Assembly: GCA_025786725.1 (NCBI GenBank)
Contig: JAHLTZ010000030.1
Span: forward strand, 186,001 to 250,000
DNA length: 64,000 nucleotides
Source: Syncephalis fuscata S228
Taxonomy: Eukaryota > Fungi > Zoopagomycota
Direction of reading: 5' to 3'
Below, piece after piece: positions 15,831 to 29,171 of this stretch. The position numbers were made by a program, and so were the translations under genes. Numbering within the stretch: the stretch's first letter is position 1; each line of letters opens with the position of its first letter. Under the pieces are notes generated by a model that saw only the letters and a program-made list of their open reading frames with translations, made no database searches and was not told the DNA's origin.

Positions 15831-16934
15831 AACTAAATGAACTACTGATAATATGTAGCAATGCCATAATATATTCAGGATTAAATTGCGTATTACATCA
15901 CTAAAATAAATATGTATATATTAGATTGTACTTTACTATGAACTTAAGATTTATTTATACTGTAAATAGAAATATCTGGTTTGACATTGTATAAAATACT
16001 ATTAATTTCATCAAACTCATTGTTCATGAATATTATTGAAGCAATTTAATTGAATATTATCAAGCAATATAAAATTGAGATAGCATATTAAATAATAGGC
16101 TTTTCCTATCGCTGAATTAATTATTATTATTACCATATTTGGTAATTATAAATTATTTAAATCTTCCCACACAAAAAATCGTAACTTTACATTTTTACCA
16201 TATTCTAGACAATTTTTTTACTTAAGTAAAAAGTTACAATATAACCGATTAGTTTTTATTATCAATAAAAAGTGTACAAGTTTTTTTAACTCATACATTC
16301 TTGTATTTTATATGTTTATAATTACTATTTTATCTTCATAGTATCATTATCATCCAATTTTAATCTGAGCTGGAAAAGTAAGATTTAGATTATCTTAAAA
16401 ATATGCTTGTTTAACGCTGTCATTCACCAGATCATACCAAGTTAAAAACAGTAAACACGTCGTGTGTGTAACCAACGCTTGATCTGCTGATCATGCCTAA
16501 AGGCGGTCTTGAATCACGCACCAATATCGTCAGCATGTTTGTCGAGCTCCTTTTCTTTCTTAATTTAGTATCCCTTTTCTTTTTCTTCTATCTTCACTGC
16601 AACTTTGTATTAACCACCATACTTAAGCTAAAATACTAACTGTTATATTATTACCTGTGCGTATCATATCAACTTGTCTATTTGCATATTACGTTTGTTT
16701 CTTCGGTTTTGGGAAACAACAACAAAAGTTGGCCTAGCTGTTATTCATATAACTGCTTGACGCTTTACACTGTGCTTTATTTAGTACCAACAAACCATAT
16801 CCGTGCCAGCTCACTTGCTTTATCAGTCGACATTTTTTATTTTCTCCTAAACCTGCACTTTTACCGGTCCACACCATTGTATTGCGACTATTATTTATTG
16901 GTGTTGCGCTGTTCTACCTAGCAAAGTGAACAAA

Positions 16935-19805
16935 ATGTCGTCGCCGGCAATTGATATACGGCCTACAACTCCAGTATCATCGACGTCTGATTCACGACCT
17001 ATATCGCCTCCTTTGCCGCCAGGCTCAGAACTGACCGATATTAATGCCTTTAGACCAGCGGCTACTGTATCAGCACGATGTTCCAAGATAAAGCTACGGC
17101 TATTTCTTGATTCAAATGTATTTATCGCAGGTGGCAATATTTATGGCCGTATGGAGCTGACATCAGCCACTTCTCGCTCACTACTTTTGGGCGAAATTGC
17201 AGTTGAGTTAACTGGCTATGAAGGTAAGTAGAGCCGATAGTATGGCCTGCACAGAATGGCAATCTAAATACTGATCGTGCACCTTCTCTTTCTTGCTACT
17301 ACAATAGAGGTTTCCTGTCAAGAAGTTACAGCCAGTCAATCATTTCTATCGTCTCGACTACTTTTTCAAGGGGCTAAAGTACCGCCATCCAATGCTGTTC
17401 ACGGCCCGGCGCAGAAGGGGCACTTTTGGCTGGCCCGCAAAGGAAAGACTACATTTCCATTTGCTTTTCGTGTTCCTAGCGATGCGCCAAGCTCGGCTGT
17501 ATTTCAAACGACGGCCAGCCTACGCTACGTTGTTACTGGCGTTGTTCAAATATTTTACAGTGGACAAGAGGACACGGTGTTTCGTTCAAAGGAGGCATGT
17601 GTTATGGAATCGTTTGACGGTAAAAGACTATCAAATATTCTACTTGATACCAGGGGAGCACCAATAGAAATGACCAATACACGCCGTTTATTTTTTGGCG
17701 GTCCTGGCGCTTTGCAGGTTACTGCACAGTTACAGCAATCAGTATTCAGCTCAGGACAAAATATATCGTTAATGGTTAGAGTACGTAATGACACACGCCG
17801 TCGTGTTCAAGGCATTAAAGTTAGTATTGGACATCGCCTCCGCATATACATGGCGGGCAAAGAAGCACCTCGAATTACATCGCAAATTGTACATGAATCG
17901 AGTTTCAACACTGAGGATTTTTCATTTGATCCAGGTGTAGAACGTACTGCAGTAATTAATGTGGCTGCACCTTCAAAGGCGCGAACAGCTCGACAAAACT
18001 CTTTATTCAGAATTGAATGCTACATTGTTGTTGCCTGTTATGTCGGCGCATTTTATCGCGATCTTACTGTGGAGATACCGATTACGCTATTGCACGCTGC
18101 TTCGCTTAACAAGCCAGCACCATTAGATCTTACACGTAATCGATATACAAATCAGTACAATCTACTCGACGAGAATGCCATTGTCGAGGAAGCATACCAA
18201 AGTTTAGAGAACAATGAAGAAGCAAAAGATAGCGGTATCAATGACAATTATTCACGCACTCCACCAATCGATATGCCATCACCTACACGAAGATGGCTTC
18301 CTTGGAGTTCTAACGATGATATTGCTGCCAATTATTCACGCACACCTAGCCCAACAAGCTCCCTTCCTTTACCAACAAATAGCGATATACCACCAGTGCC
18401 GGCTTCGTTAACATCATTAACAGCTGCTGCCGATATCAACCAAGGCCGACTTGTTGCCTCCAGTCCTTCATATGCACCAGCATCACCTATAAACTATGTG
18501 CCAGCGCGTGAGCGTCTGCGCTATGTGCCATTTCGTGCACCACCAACAGAAAAGGCCCTTGACTCGCCGCTTCGTCCCCTCCTTTATCAGGGTGCAGCGT
18601 TACCACCACCGTCGTCCTCCCGGCCAATGAGTGCATTGGGTATTCGATCAAATGACTACGACAGACCAACCAATCTTGTTAGTGGTAATGATAGCAACCC
18701 TGTGAATATTGAACGCCCGTTTAGGCCCAATTCCAATCCTTTGCATACGTCAAATCTATCATCACCTGCTTCTTCTGCTGTCAGCAGTGTTTCCGGAACA
18801 CCTTTAGAAAAATCACCCAACACATCACCTTGCGGAACACCTGCAGGCTCATCTCCAGCACAATTAAATGGATTTAATGAGTTCATGGCTAAATCACGAC
18901 AAATTAATAACAACGGTAAGCTGCATTTATTAAAATATTAGCCTGAATGGGCGACAAACTAATTAACTATCTAATTGTATTTATTATCACAATATAGTTA
19001 TGCTGACGCGCACACCTCCAACAGGTGAAGGACTGCCTGAAATATGTACTTTTCGCGAGGAAAATGCCTTAGCCAGCAGTCTTCCGGCAAACTTGAATAG
19101 AATTTATCGTACACCGTCGCCACCTCAATCCCCTCGGAACGCAAGTCCTAGGCCGCTTCCTATTACACCTGTAAAAGCAGCAATCGACAATGCACCCAAC
19201 AGTGAAGTATCTGCGCCAGGACAGCCCAGTGGTATTTCTCGTCTTTTCCAATGGGGTGCTGCATCATTCACTCAGCTTGTAACAAGCAATGAAGGCGCTG
19301 TATTGACTGATTCACCTTTAACCGACAACGTGTCCAGCTCATCGGAAGGTAAGCACCGAATGGTTGCTGCGCATGTCCGATCGGTGTCGAATGGCGATGC
19401 TAGCATAGATGAACCGTTAAGCGGTCAAAAACCTCCCGCTTATCATCCCCATGTTTACAAGATGAATCGTCCTGCAGAAAGATCACCCCTAGCTAATAAT
19501 TTTACCCAGAATGAATTGGATAATCATTCACAGAGTCCGGTAAGTTTATTTTTTGTATAAAAATATCTTTACTAACTTGTACTGTTTGTTTATTAGACGG
19601 ATAGTTTATCCAATGACAAGACAACAACAAATCATCCTTCTAGCACATCTCAGTCTAAACCACTTCCTAAAGCTAGTGAAGATCGTTCGCCGTCGCATCG
19701 TGTAGCAGCTATTGCTCTGAAAATGTTGTGGCACGGCCTATATCACCCTTGCTACGTCAATATCTCGACAGGTATACAGCGGCAGCAACTGGTAACACGC
19801 AGTAA
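16935..19805 (+). CDS. Arrestin-domain (alpha-arrestin-like) protein with Pro/Ser-rich tail, multi-exon
   Basis: FIAGGNIYGRMEL, GKTTFPFAFRVPSDAPSS, SLRYVV, SGQNISLMVRVRNDTRRRVQGIKV arrestin N/C patterns; 3' end approximate. Confidence 0.8.
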
Positions 19806-20687
19806 AACTTGGGTAATTTATATTTTATGTTATTTGCACTTATTTACACTATAAATTATAAAATGATGCTTTTTATTCAAACAACTTGTCAACTTGTAGC
19901 ATTCTATAACGTTTATGCTTTATTAACTGCAATTTTTTAGTAATAAGGGTGCTTTAGAATTGTATTTTACATCTAAGAAAGAGGAAAAGTTTGTAATACA
20001 GCAGTCAATTGTTAACATAATACACGTATCAACAGCTGATAGTGCTGTATTAAAATAAACAGTTTATTTTTGTATTCAAGTTGTAATGTCAAATTAAGGG
20101 CATGTGCAAACCAATCAGTGTATTTTAATGATTTCAAAAACCGTAACTAGTTTATGCGCGACAGTAGATATTTGTAAATAAATAAAGGTCCAATACAGTG
20201 ATATTACTGCTGCATTGGTGCCCGCACTGTTTGGAATCTATTAAAATACTGGATATTGAACTTGTCGGCGAAACCAGCAGCAAAGACACAGGGATGTGCT
20301 ATTATTGTTTTTTATAACCAATAAAGCTAGTTAGTATCACGTGTGCTGGATGGTTGCAATTGTTACATCATTTGTACAAGTACTGAACAGGCTGAAGTAG
20401 GGATTTGGCTGCATGCCATTGTATCATCGACATATTGATATACTCCTGTTTCGATTATTATGCAAATGCATAATTATTGGTTCGAATTGCACATCAATGC
20501 TATTTTGTGCAATGCAACATACTGGTACTTTAGCACAATCATACACTTAAATAGCCCACACAGCATGCCCAACTAACCGGTGGTATTAGCATCACACTCT
20601 ACTTTCTTCCAAATAATTACCACTATTTATTTTATACTAACTGCGCTTTATCATACATTATATTTACTTTAATAAATCAATATCACC

Positions 20688-21089
20688 ATGAAGCTTTCTA
20701 TTACTCTCGTTTGCACTATCGTCATGGCTTTTGTGGTTAATACACCCATGGTGGATTCTATGCCAATTCTGCTTCATCGCGATGTTGTGCCATTGGCTAA
20801 GAGAGCTGGTGGAGGTTTTGAAGACCCGGTTTATGAGAAATGGATGCAAGATTATCTTGGAAAACCCCGAGAAGATTTTGAGGAATGGGCTTGGAAGAAA
20901 CAAGCTCAGCGAAGTAAAATTCAGGAAGAGCTGGCTCGGAAAGAATGGCAAAAGGGCCATCCTAATGAATCTTGGGAAGAGTATAAGGCCAAAACTTTAG
21001 AAGAATTTAAAAAGTGGCAGGAAAAGCGGGAACGAGGGGAAATCGCGCCACATCAACTTCAACGGATTCCAGGACCTCCTCAACAATAA
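20688..21089 (+). CDS. Small secreted Trp/Glu/Lys-rich protein (signal peptide + KR pro-cleavage), intronless
   Basis: 133-aa ORF MKLSITLVCTIVMAFVVNTPMVDSMPILLHRDVVPLAKR followed by a charged helical region. Confidence 0.8.
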   Translation: MKLSITLVCTIVMAFVVNTPMVDSMPILLHRDVVPLAKRAGGGFEDPVYEKWMQDYLGKPREDFEEWAWKKQAQRSKIQEELARKEWQKGHPNESWEEYKAKTLEEFKKWQEKRERGEIAPHQLQRIPGPPQQ

Positions 21090-21761
21090 TTAGTGCTTTA
21101 AAGCGTTTATGTTTTCTGTATAATTGGTCTGTTAATTCAATACGATTGATATATATGTGATAAAATCAAATTTATTTGATAACGTGCCATTTAATACATT
21201 TAAATATCAAGTTCCAGCCAATACTTCAGCTTATTCACATTTTAATCAGGGATATCATTATAATACCAGCAATCTACAATTAGTTATGTCTACTCAACTA
21301 TGCAAGATCCTAGTAATAAACACATAATTCCATTTAATTATATATAATCCATTTTCTATTTTTATGTTTTGTTTGCATCTGTTTTATTAAAAACATTAAT
21401 CAGTAAATATATTAATGTGATATCTGTATAATATAGTTAGCAATAAATTAACCTTTTATTAATTAATATTGATCAATATACCATTATAAATCTAATGATA
21501 AATAAAAACAGTTTTAACTAAAGCAATTTATAGTTCGATCTACAGTAGTGTGAGTATAAGAGAAATAGTGCCAATTAGCGACATTAAGGTTATATTGTAC
21601 ATAGCTCTATAGGTGGACTGAGTGAAGTGTGCTGAAATACATAAAAATAGAATATGTCTACTATATCATTTTATGATATGCAGTAATTCGGATATACAAC
21701 GTATATAACATTACTATTAAATGTAATTTATTTGAATATATATTATTTACACAAGTTTATT

Positions 21762-23204
21762 TCACACAACAATATATAATTGGGGCTTTTGAATTAGTAG
21801 TGTCTGTAATATTTTAGGCAATGTAGTTATAGTATTACTATTGCCTGACTTTCTCGTATTGGCTATTGCATCAACGGCCGGACATCCTGAAAGAATTATC
21901 GAGTGCAAACGAGGCCATATAGCTTGTTTGACATGGCTGTGTGACTCTGTTACTCGTGAAGTAATGTTAAAGATAGCCTGTATTGCTAGCAAATTGACGT
22001 ATCTCGATCCAGATAAATCTAACACGCTTAATTCAATAAGGCCAGTTGATAATCGTTGTAAGCATGTGATGGCATGTGGATTAACAACGGTTGTTTGGTT
22101 CACACCACCAGATTGAGATAGCGTTACTTGGGTATTGCCTGTTTCAAAACAGCCACCTAATCGAAGTGTTTTCAACAATGGTACATAGTCAACGAGTAGA
22201 CGGGCCGTGCGTAATGGCGGTAGCCATCGACATCCACGCACATCAAGATGACATAGCGCCGAATAACGAGGTGGACCAACAACTGACATACTTAATTTAT
22301 CCTTGGGTTTTTGTTCTTTAATTGTTTGTGGTCCATAAACCATTGTGTCTTCGTCAGCATCTTCCCAACTATCTGGCGTTTCTTTAACTAGAATCGACAC
22401 ACTTGATGTGCATAGGTCATTCTTCTTTGCTTTCTTCTTCTTACTACTACTGCTGTCGCTACTACTATTACTATCGTTACTGCTATCTACATCTTCCCAA
22501 TCAAGTACAACACCGGAAAGAAAGCAAAGCAATAATTCAATATCTATTTCGCTACCGGCCAGATAAAGTGCCGTGTAATCAATATCTAGAAACTGCTCTA
22601 GCGTTGATTTTACCAGTGATGTCCAGTAAAGAGATGGATCGTGTAAATAGCGGCCCAATGTTATCTCTCGCAATAGCCACTGTTTAATATGCAATGGTAG
22701 ATATGGTATTTCAGTAATATATGCATTTAAATGACGAGCCATTTCTCGAATACACAGACTGCTTAGCATTGTATCGGTAGATATATCGCTGCACTCAGGA
22801 AATGATGAATGAAATAGGTAATTGACATCGTAAGCTGGGTCTTCTACAAGCTCGCCGTATCGATTAATAGATAATTTAACTGAGCTGGGCTCTTTTGCCG
22901 TTTGTAGCCATTTGGGCCAGCTATCTTGTGGTGTTAGTTCTTGTTTTATGTCACGCTTGCCTCGTCGTTTGCGCTGTACATGTCCAGGCTGTTGCCACGA
23001 AGGCGGCGGCGGCGGTCCTTCGACGGGACGGTTCTGGCGCGAACGTAGAAGTCTAGGTGCATCTACATGATTCTGCCGACTAGTATTGTCTGTTTCTGGT
23101 AATGCACCGAATATACCGGCCGTGCCACCCCACGCCAATACTGCGTAATCTTCGGTGGTGGCTCGATTACTGCTCCAGCCTGCTACACGGCGGTTTTCAG
23201 GCAT
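21762..23204 (-). CDS. Hypothetical protein with RNI-like leucine-rich repeats; true start may be ~23305 via a frameshift
   Basis: 480-aa ORF; LCHLDVRGC, LKTLRLGGC, LSVLDLSGS, LHSIILSGC LRR-like segments; GPPPPPSW motif. Confidence 0.65.
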   Translation of the reverse strand: MPENRRVAGWSSNRATTEDYAVLAWGGTAGIFGALPETDNTSRQNHVDAPRLLRSRQNRPVEGPPPPPSWQQPGHVQRKRRGKRDIKQELTPQDSWPKWLQTAKEPSSVKLSINRYGELVEDPAYDVNYLFHSSFPECSDISTDTMLSSLCIREMARHLNAYITEIPYLPLHIKQWLLREITLGRYLHDPSLYWTSLVKSTLEQFLDIDYTALYLAGSEIDIELLLCFLSGVVLDWEDVDSSNDSNSSSDSSSSKKKKAKKNDLCTSSVSILVKETPDSWEDADEDTMVYGPQTIKEQKPKDKLSMSVVGPPRYSALCHLDVRGCRWLPPLRTARLLVDYVPLLKTLRLGGCFETGNTQVTLSQSGGVNQTTVVNPHAITCLQRLSTGLIELSVLDLSGSRYVNLLAIQAIFNITSRVTESHSHVKQAIWPRLHSIILSGCPAVDAIANTRKSGNSNTITTLPKILQTLLIQKPQLYIVV

Positions 23205-23679
23205 CGTAAACGGTTTGTACTAACACCAATACGATTTCCCGCAAGCAGTTGACGTTGGCGTGCTTCATCGCGTAATCGCCACAGTCGTTCGGTCACCGAG
23301 CTCATTGAAACAGAACTAATCAAGAAGAGTAATGTAGCTGTAGTATAATAATAGCATATAATAATAATGGTACAGTAATAGCAATAGTAAGCAAAGCTGT
23401 TTCAGTTACACTCAATGAATCATTATTTATAATACTGCATCTTATTTACAATAAACTAAAACATTTACTGCGAACATTTCTAATTAAATTAGTACCGATT
23501 GGTCAATGTATTAATAAGAACAGTAATAAACTACAACCATTAGACGTGCTATTATTACTAAAGCAATCCTGCTATTTATTGGTTTTGGCTTGTTGTATAT
23601 ACAATAAAACATAATAAACACAGTCCCACTTTGGCCTGTACCCGTCTATCAATGTATCAATTAACAAGCTATAAAATAA

Positions 23680-25960
23680 CTAACGGCGTCTTTGCTCCTC
23701 TAGTCGTGCCATAACATCGGCCACATCATCAAAAAAGCGGTCTTCTCCAATGAGCTTAATTAGCCCGGCCTTTTTAAATACTTGTCTTAATGGACCATCA
23801 CGTCTTAGATTGGCGACATAGACAGCAATGCCGCGGCGTTTATATGCAGATATAATCTCGACCAATATCTGGGCCGCACTAATGGAGCAATCAACAATAG
23901 TAGCATTAATCTTGTGTATATAGTAATACCACATCTAGGTTAACTTACACAGCATCCACGCTGGGTACATGAGTAAAATCAAATATAATACGATCGGCTG
24001 GTGGAAGAATTGCTAGATCGGCTGGATGTGCTCGTGCATCACCATGCTGTTCAAGTCGCAACAGTCGATCCTTTAGTTGTCCACAATTAGCAAAATAAAG
24101 ATCTTCTTCAAATCTAACGATTAATATACCGTCAACGAGTTCAGCCTGTTGTGGATCGAGTTCAGGCAATGGAACATAATGGTCTGACGTGCCTTTAAGT
24201 CGTCCCTAAAATGTTATCATTTAAAGTGTTAGCATTAGTGTTATTGATCAAAAATAGTCTATCATTACCATTGCTGCAACTCTTGGCACTGTTGTATGAC
24301 GAATAACAAGCATGATCGATATACAGATAACCATGAGTATGCCTGCTTCTACCGATACGGCTACTGTAGTAATAAATACGGTTAACATAACAGTAAGATC
24401 GCCCCATGCACGCAATCGAGTAATAAATCGTAGCTCTCGAGGAGCTTCGGTAATTAAACCCAACGCAGCTGTAAATACAACGCCAGCCAGCGCAGCTCGT
24501 GGTAAATACCAAAGCGAAGGTAATAGCAGCAAACCGGCACTTAGCACCCAGATGGCTGTCAATAAACCGGCTAGCTGTGTGCGGGCACCAGCTTTATCGT
24601 TGATTTTGGTACGTGCCATCGAGCCAAATGCCGGAAATGCACCCAATATACCGCCAAATATATTAGCCACACCTAATGCAACTAGCTCTCGATTGGAGCT
24701 GACGGTGTAATGGTGTTTAGCCGCATACTGCTTAGTGACTGCAACTGATTCCACAAATCCCACGACGGTCATCAGCAAGGCCGATGTGGCAAGTGAACGG
24801 AACTGGGTCCAGGCCAAGCGATGTAATGGTGGCCAGCGTAGCGTGGGCAGCTCACCAGCACCGTCTACATCTCCCAACACAATAACGCCTTGTTTGTCCA
24901 GGCGAAGATAGTGTGAGATGAGAATAGCAACAATCATCACTAGTAGAATTTCCGGTACTAGCTGTGGCCATACAAGACGTGGCCGATGCCGCGCCAATCG
25001 TCGTTTAATCAATCTGGCAGATAAAAGTGCAGCAATACAGCCAAATCCTACTAAAGCAGTGGATACATGTGTATGCTGAATATGCCTCATAAGCCACCAA
25101 AGCTTCTCCAAGGCCGATGCATCATCATCTAATGCATCCTGTATCATAGCTGTCAGTCCTAGTAGTGGTATACACTGTAGAATACAGATAACAACGCCGA
25201 CTGCGGCAATAAATCCATGCAGCATAATGCGCGACAGAACCGAATCTAAAAAGCCCAGACGAAATAGACCAAGGATTAAGTTGAAGAAGCCCACTAAAAC
25301 AGCCAAAATTGTTGCCAATTCCGCTGGATTCAACATTGTGGATGGATCGTCGTCTAGTAAAACAAATTAATGATTAATAGCAAATAATGTTTGACGTATT
25401 ATCTACCATCGGAGGCGTCTTCGGACATGGCAGTTCCCACTAGCATGGCCACTAGTGCCTCTGGTCCCATGGATAGTTGTCGACTTGTACCAAGCAGCGA
25501 ATAGGCAAATGTAGGTGCGCAAGCTGTCCATATTCCATGCATAGGTCCGAGTTGAGCCAAACTAGCATACGATAGACCCTGTGGCACTAGTAGACACGCC
25601 ACCGTCAAACTGGCTATTACATCGCGTATAAGTGTCGACCATCCCCGATTAGGATAGACGGGCATCCATGCCAGAACCGGTATATAGTAGGCAACGCGAT
25701 GACGCCACTGAGCCCACCATGAACGAGGCACGTCATTACTGGCGTGGATGGTTAATGGACGATCTAGCAGCAAAAATACACAAGTTAGTCGGCTTAACCA
25801 CGTTCTATCATAGCTGGTAAGCCAGCTTCAAAAGATAATACTGATATTTACCGCGTACATCAGCATAGCTGTAGAATCCATCTCCTTGCTCATCGCTATC
25901 ATAATAAACACTGTCACTATTTGATAGTAGTGGGGAGAATTCAGCCCGTTCCCCCTCCAT
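23680..25960 (-). CDS. SLC26/SulP sulfate/anion transporter with STAS domain, multi-exon
   Basis: YYIPVLAW, PQGLSYASLA, LGTSRQLSMGPEA, SNRELVALG, DLYFANCGQLK STAS segment. Confidence 0.93.
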
Positions 25961-27039
25961 GCGTAAAGTATGAAAAGTAGAGTAAAGCTCAATAAGAATA
26001 AAACAGTGCCTATTTGCTAAAACAAGTTCAGAGGATTGAGTGCATGCAACGTATAATGAATCAAGTCTTGTTAAAACAGATACGTTTTATTTATTAACGT
26101 AAACTAGTTGGCTATGGTTTTGCCTTTCCCGACGTGTTGGTGTCACGTATTTCTACGTGGATTGGCCTATAAACGTTATTTGAAAATGATCCTTAAGCGG
26201 TGGTCCATTGGAATATTCTTTTTTTGTTAATTATTCATTAGTTTGCTAACAATATGTTCTATACTAATGCCTATTTTTATTATTTGTAGTTTATCCTTTT
26301 TTATTGTACTCATTAGTTTCTTGGTAACACGTTCTATAGCCATACTTGTTTTGCTTGTAGTTTATCCCTTGTACCACACCCAGTGCTTTACCAATGGTAT
26401 GCCTTATAATAATGAGTGGTTTTACCAATAACAAGCACTATGCTAATGATTTCTACAAACTTACCAATATCTATGGTTTATCAGTAATAACCTGTGTTAA
26501 ATACTGAATCGATAACGATTGAATTCAAAAGTATTAACTTGATTGTCGGCAAATGTAATGCATCATTTATGAAGTTGTACTATTTTATGCATGGTGTAAT
26601 AATCTATTTATCAATTTAACATTATAATCTTTTAATAAAGGTCTATGCCGTAATAGATGCATATTAATTTGTTTCTTTGTCGGTATATATAAATTAAAAC
26701 CAATTTTACAAACTTACCTGTATTTGAATAATAAACTTAATACATTTTAAAAATGATCATAGTTTAATAACACCATGTTCAATGATTGTATATGTATTAC
26801 TGGACAAATTGCTTTACTGGCGATATGTTCTATGATTACACTGTTTTTAAAACGAATTGACTGTTTTTATACTAATATTATAATCATGTTACCTTTAATA
26901 TGTTCTATAATACTGTACTTGGTGTATATTGACACAGTTACAGTTCATACAGCTACAAACATATTCATTTTAACCATAATATTAGTAATTTATTTAATTA
27001 ATTGTCTTGTTTATTTCTATTGCTATTACGCTATTATTA

Positions 27040-28040
27040 GCAGTTTTTTTACCATCCATGACTGATATACTTAAAAGATAGCAAAATGACTGCTGGATTC
27101 GAGTTCTCCATGCTTAGCTGTAAGGAATGGCATAAAATATGAAGCAATGATTTTTGCAACAAAAGTAAGTCAAAATGCAATTTATGTGTTATTAGTAACG
27201 AAGAATTAAGCTATATGTATATCTATGACATGAATTGCCGATTTTCATTGATATTTTAACATAATAACTTCCTATTATAATTGCTATACTATTTTAGAAC
27301 GTTTTAAATTTACTTAGATTAAATTTCAAATTTATTATTAAAATTTTAAAATTTTGAAATTTACTTTTTTTTGCTAACAAATAATACGTAAATTGCATTT
27401 TTGACTTACTTTTGTTGCAAAAATCATTGCTTTATATTTTATGCCAATCTGTATAACCAAGCATGGGGAACTCGAATCCAGCAGTCAATTTGCTATCTTT
27501 TAAGTATATCAGTCATGGATGGTAAAAAACTGTTATTTTTGTACATTTATTAGCATACTAGCACAACTATTACATCATTACTCAATGCAGTTGCGTTATA
27601 CTTTGCCAATAGTCGTAGATATGTTATACGTATACTCATGCAAAATATCAAGCGATTTACTTTATTATACGTAAAGTTATACGTAATCTTAACAATGCTT
27701 TTTAAGTAAATTTAGATATCGTAAATCGCATTTTTGGCTAATATTTTTTGCAAAAATCATTGCTCCATTTTTATACCAATCGATACGGCGAAGCATGGAG
27801 GACTCGAATCCAATAGCCATTCTGCTGTATTTTAGTTATACAGCCCATGGTTGGCTAAAAACTGCTATTTTTGTACATTTATTAGCGTATTAGCACTGCC
27901 ATTGCACAGTAACACAATAAAATTACGGTATACTTTGTCAATAGCTACCTATAGAGTATGTGCATATTTGTGCAAAATATCAAGCAATTTGCTTTATTAT
28001 ACGTAAAGTTGTAAATAATCTTAGGAACGCTTTATTAATT
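27040..28040. repeat. ~145-bp inverted repeat (27040-27184 vs 27389-27535) plus ~335-bp tandem direct duplication (27389-27720 / 27721-28040)
   Basis: Direct comparison of arms, e.g. CCATCCATGACTGATATACTTAAAAGATAGCAAA vs TTTGCTATCTTTTAAGTATATCAGTCATGGATGG. Confidence 0.85.
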
Positions 28041-29171
28041 AAATGATCGCTATTACTTTTTAACGCATATCTCATCAAATGTTTACCGCCTGATGGCACT
28101 GAACGCACCCTTTATATACTGCTGCATATTATCATAGCATTAACTCAATGGTTTTGCGTTTAAATTTACAAGCCAACACTCTGTTGGTATTCAAAGTACT
28201 AGAAACGGAAATACGTTATTTTTGCTACAATCATAATTATTATGCATAAGATATTGCATTTTACAATAATTATATGCGTTAAAAATAACAAATAGTGCAA
28301 CATTACAACGTTTATGGCTATTCCGCATTGCTGGCAAAGTGTCCATACAGGCATGCTAATATAAACAAATAAACAGATATTTGCATGATGTTTATAGTTA
28401 GTAGCAAATGAAATATGTATGCACTCAACATGGCTGTAATTGATTATATTTGTCATAAATAAATTGTAATATTATTATTATGGCGTTATCATATGGCGCT
28501 AGTCTTCATATTTGCTAATAATTAACATTTATCATACAGCTTTTTAGTTGTCGAATGCAATAAATTATAAAATTATTGCAATTATAACATAACAAGCATA
28601 ATAATCTATATTATTGTACATACAACAAAGTGGTATTACACAGCTAATTTATATGGATTTAACATACTAACGACAATCCAATTGTCACTGTCGATTATAG
28701 TATTTAATAATTATATTATAGTCTAATTGTTACTATTCTATTTGATATTATTACTTAATTATAATACAGAACAGAGCGCTATAAATAAACAGATAAATAC
28801 AAGCAATAAAATGGTCATTGTCGCATTTTAGCTATATTTTATTCTTGTTTGTTATACAAGAAATAATTATATTTCCCATTTCACAAATGGATATTTTATA
28901 ATTAATAGCCAATAATAATAAACTTTTATTTTCTCAATCAATACATGTCAATTAACTCTACATTATTTATGGCAATAAACGCATTGTTTATTCTCGACTG
29001 TCCTAATCAAATGCTAACTTTGTTAATAGAAATACTAATTAAAAGTCAAATAAGCAAATGAATAATTTATCTATGTACAGACGACTAATTAACGCGTTGC
29101 TATATACATACCATATTAACAAATACATTATATATATTTAACAAATGAGATTATCTAATTTGGTTTATTAA

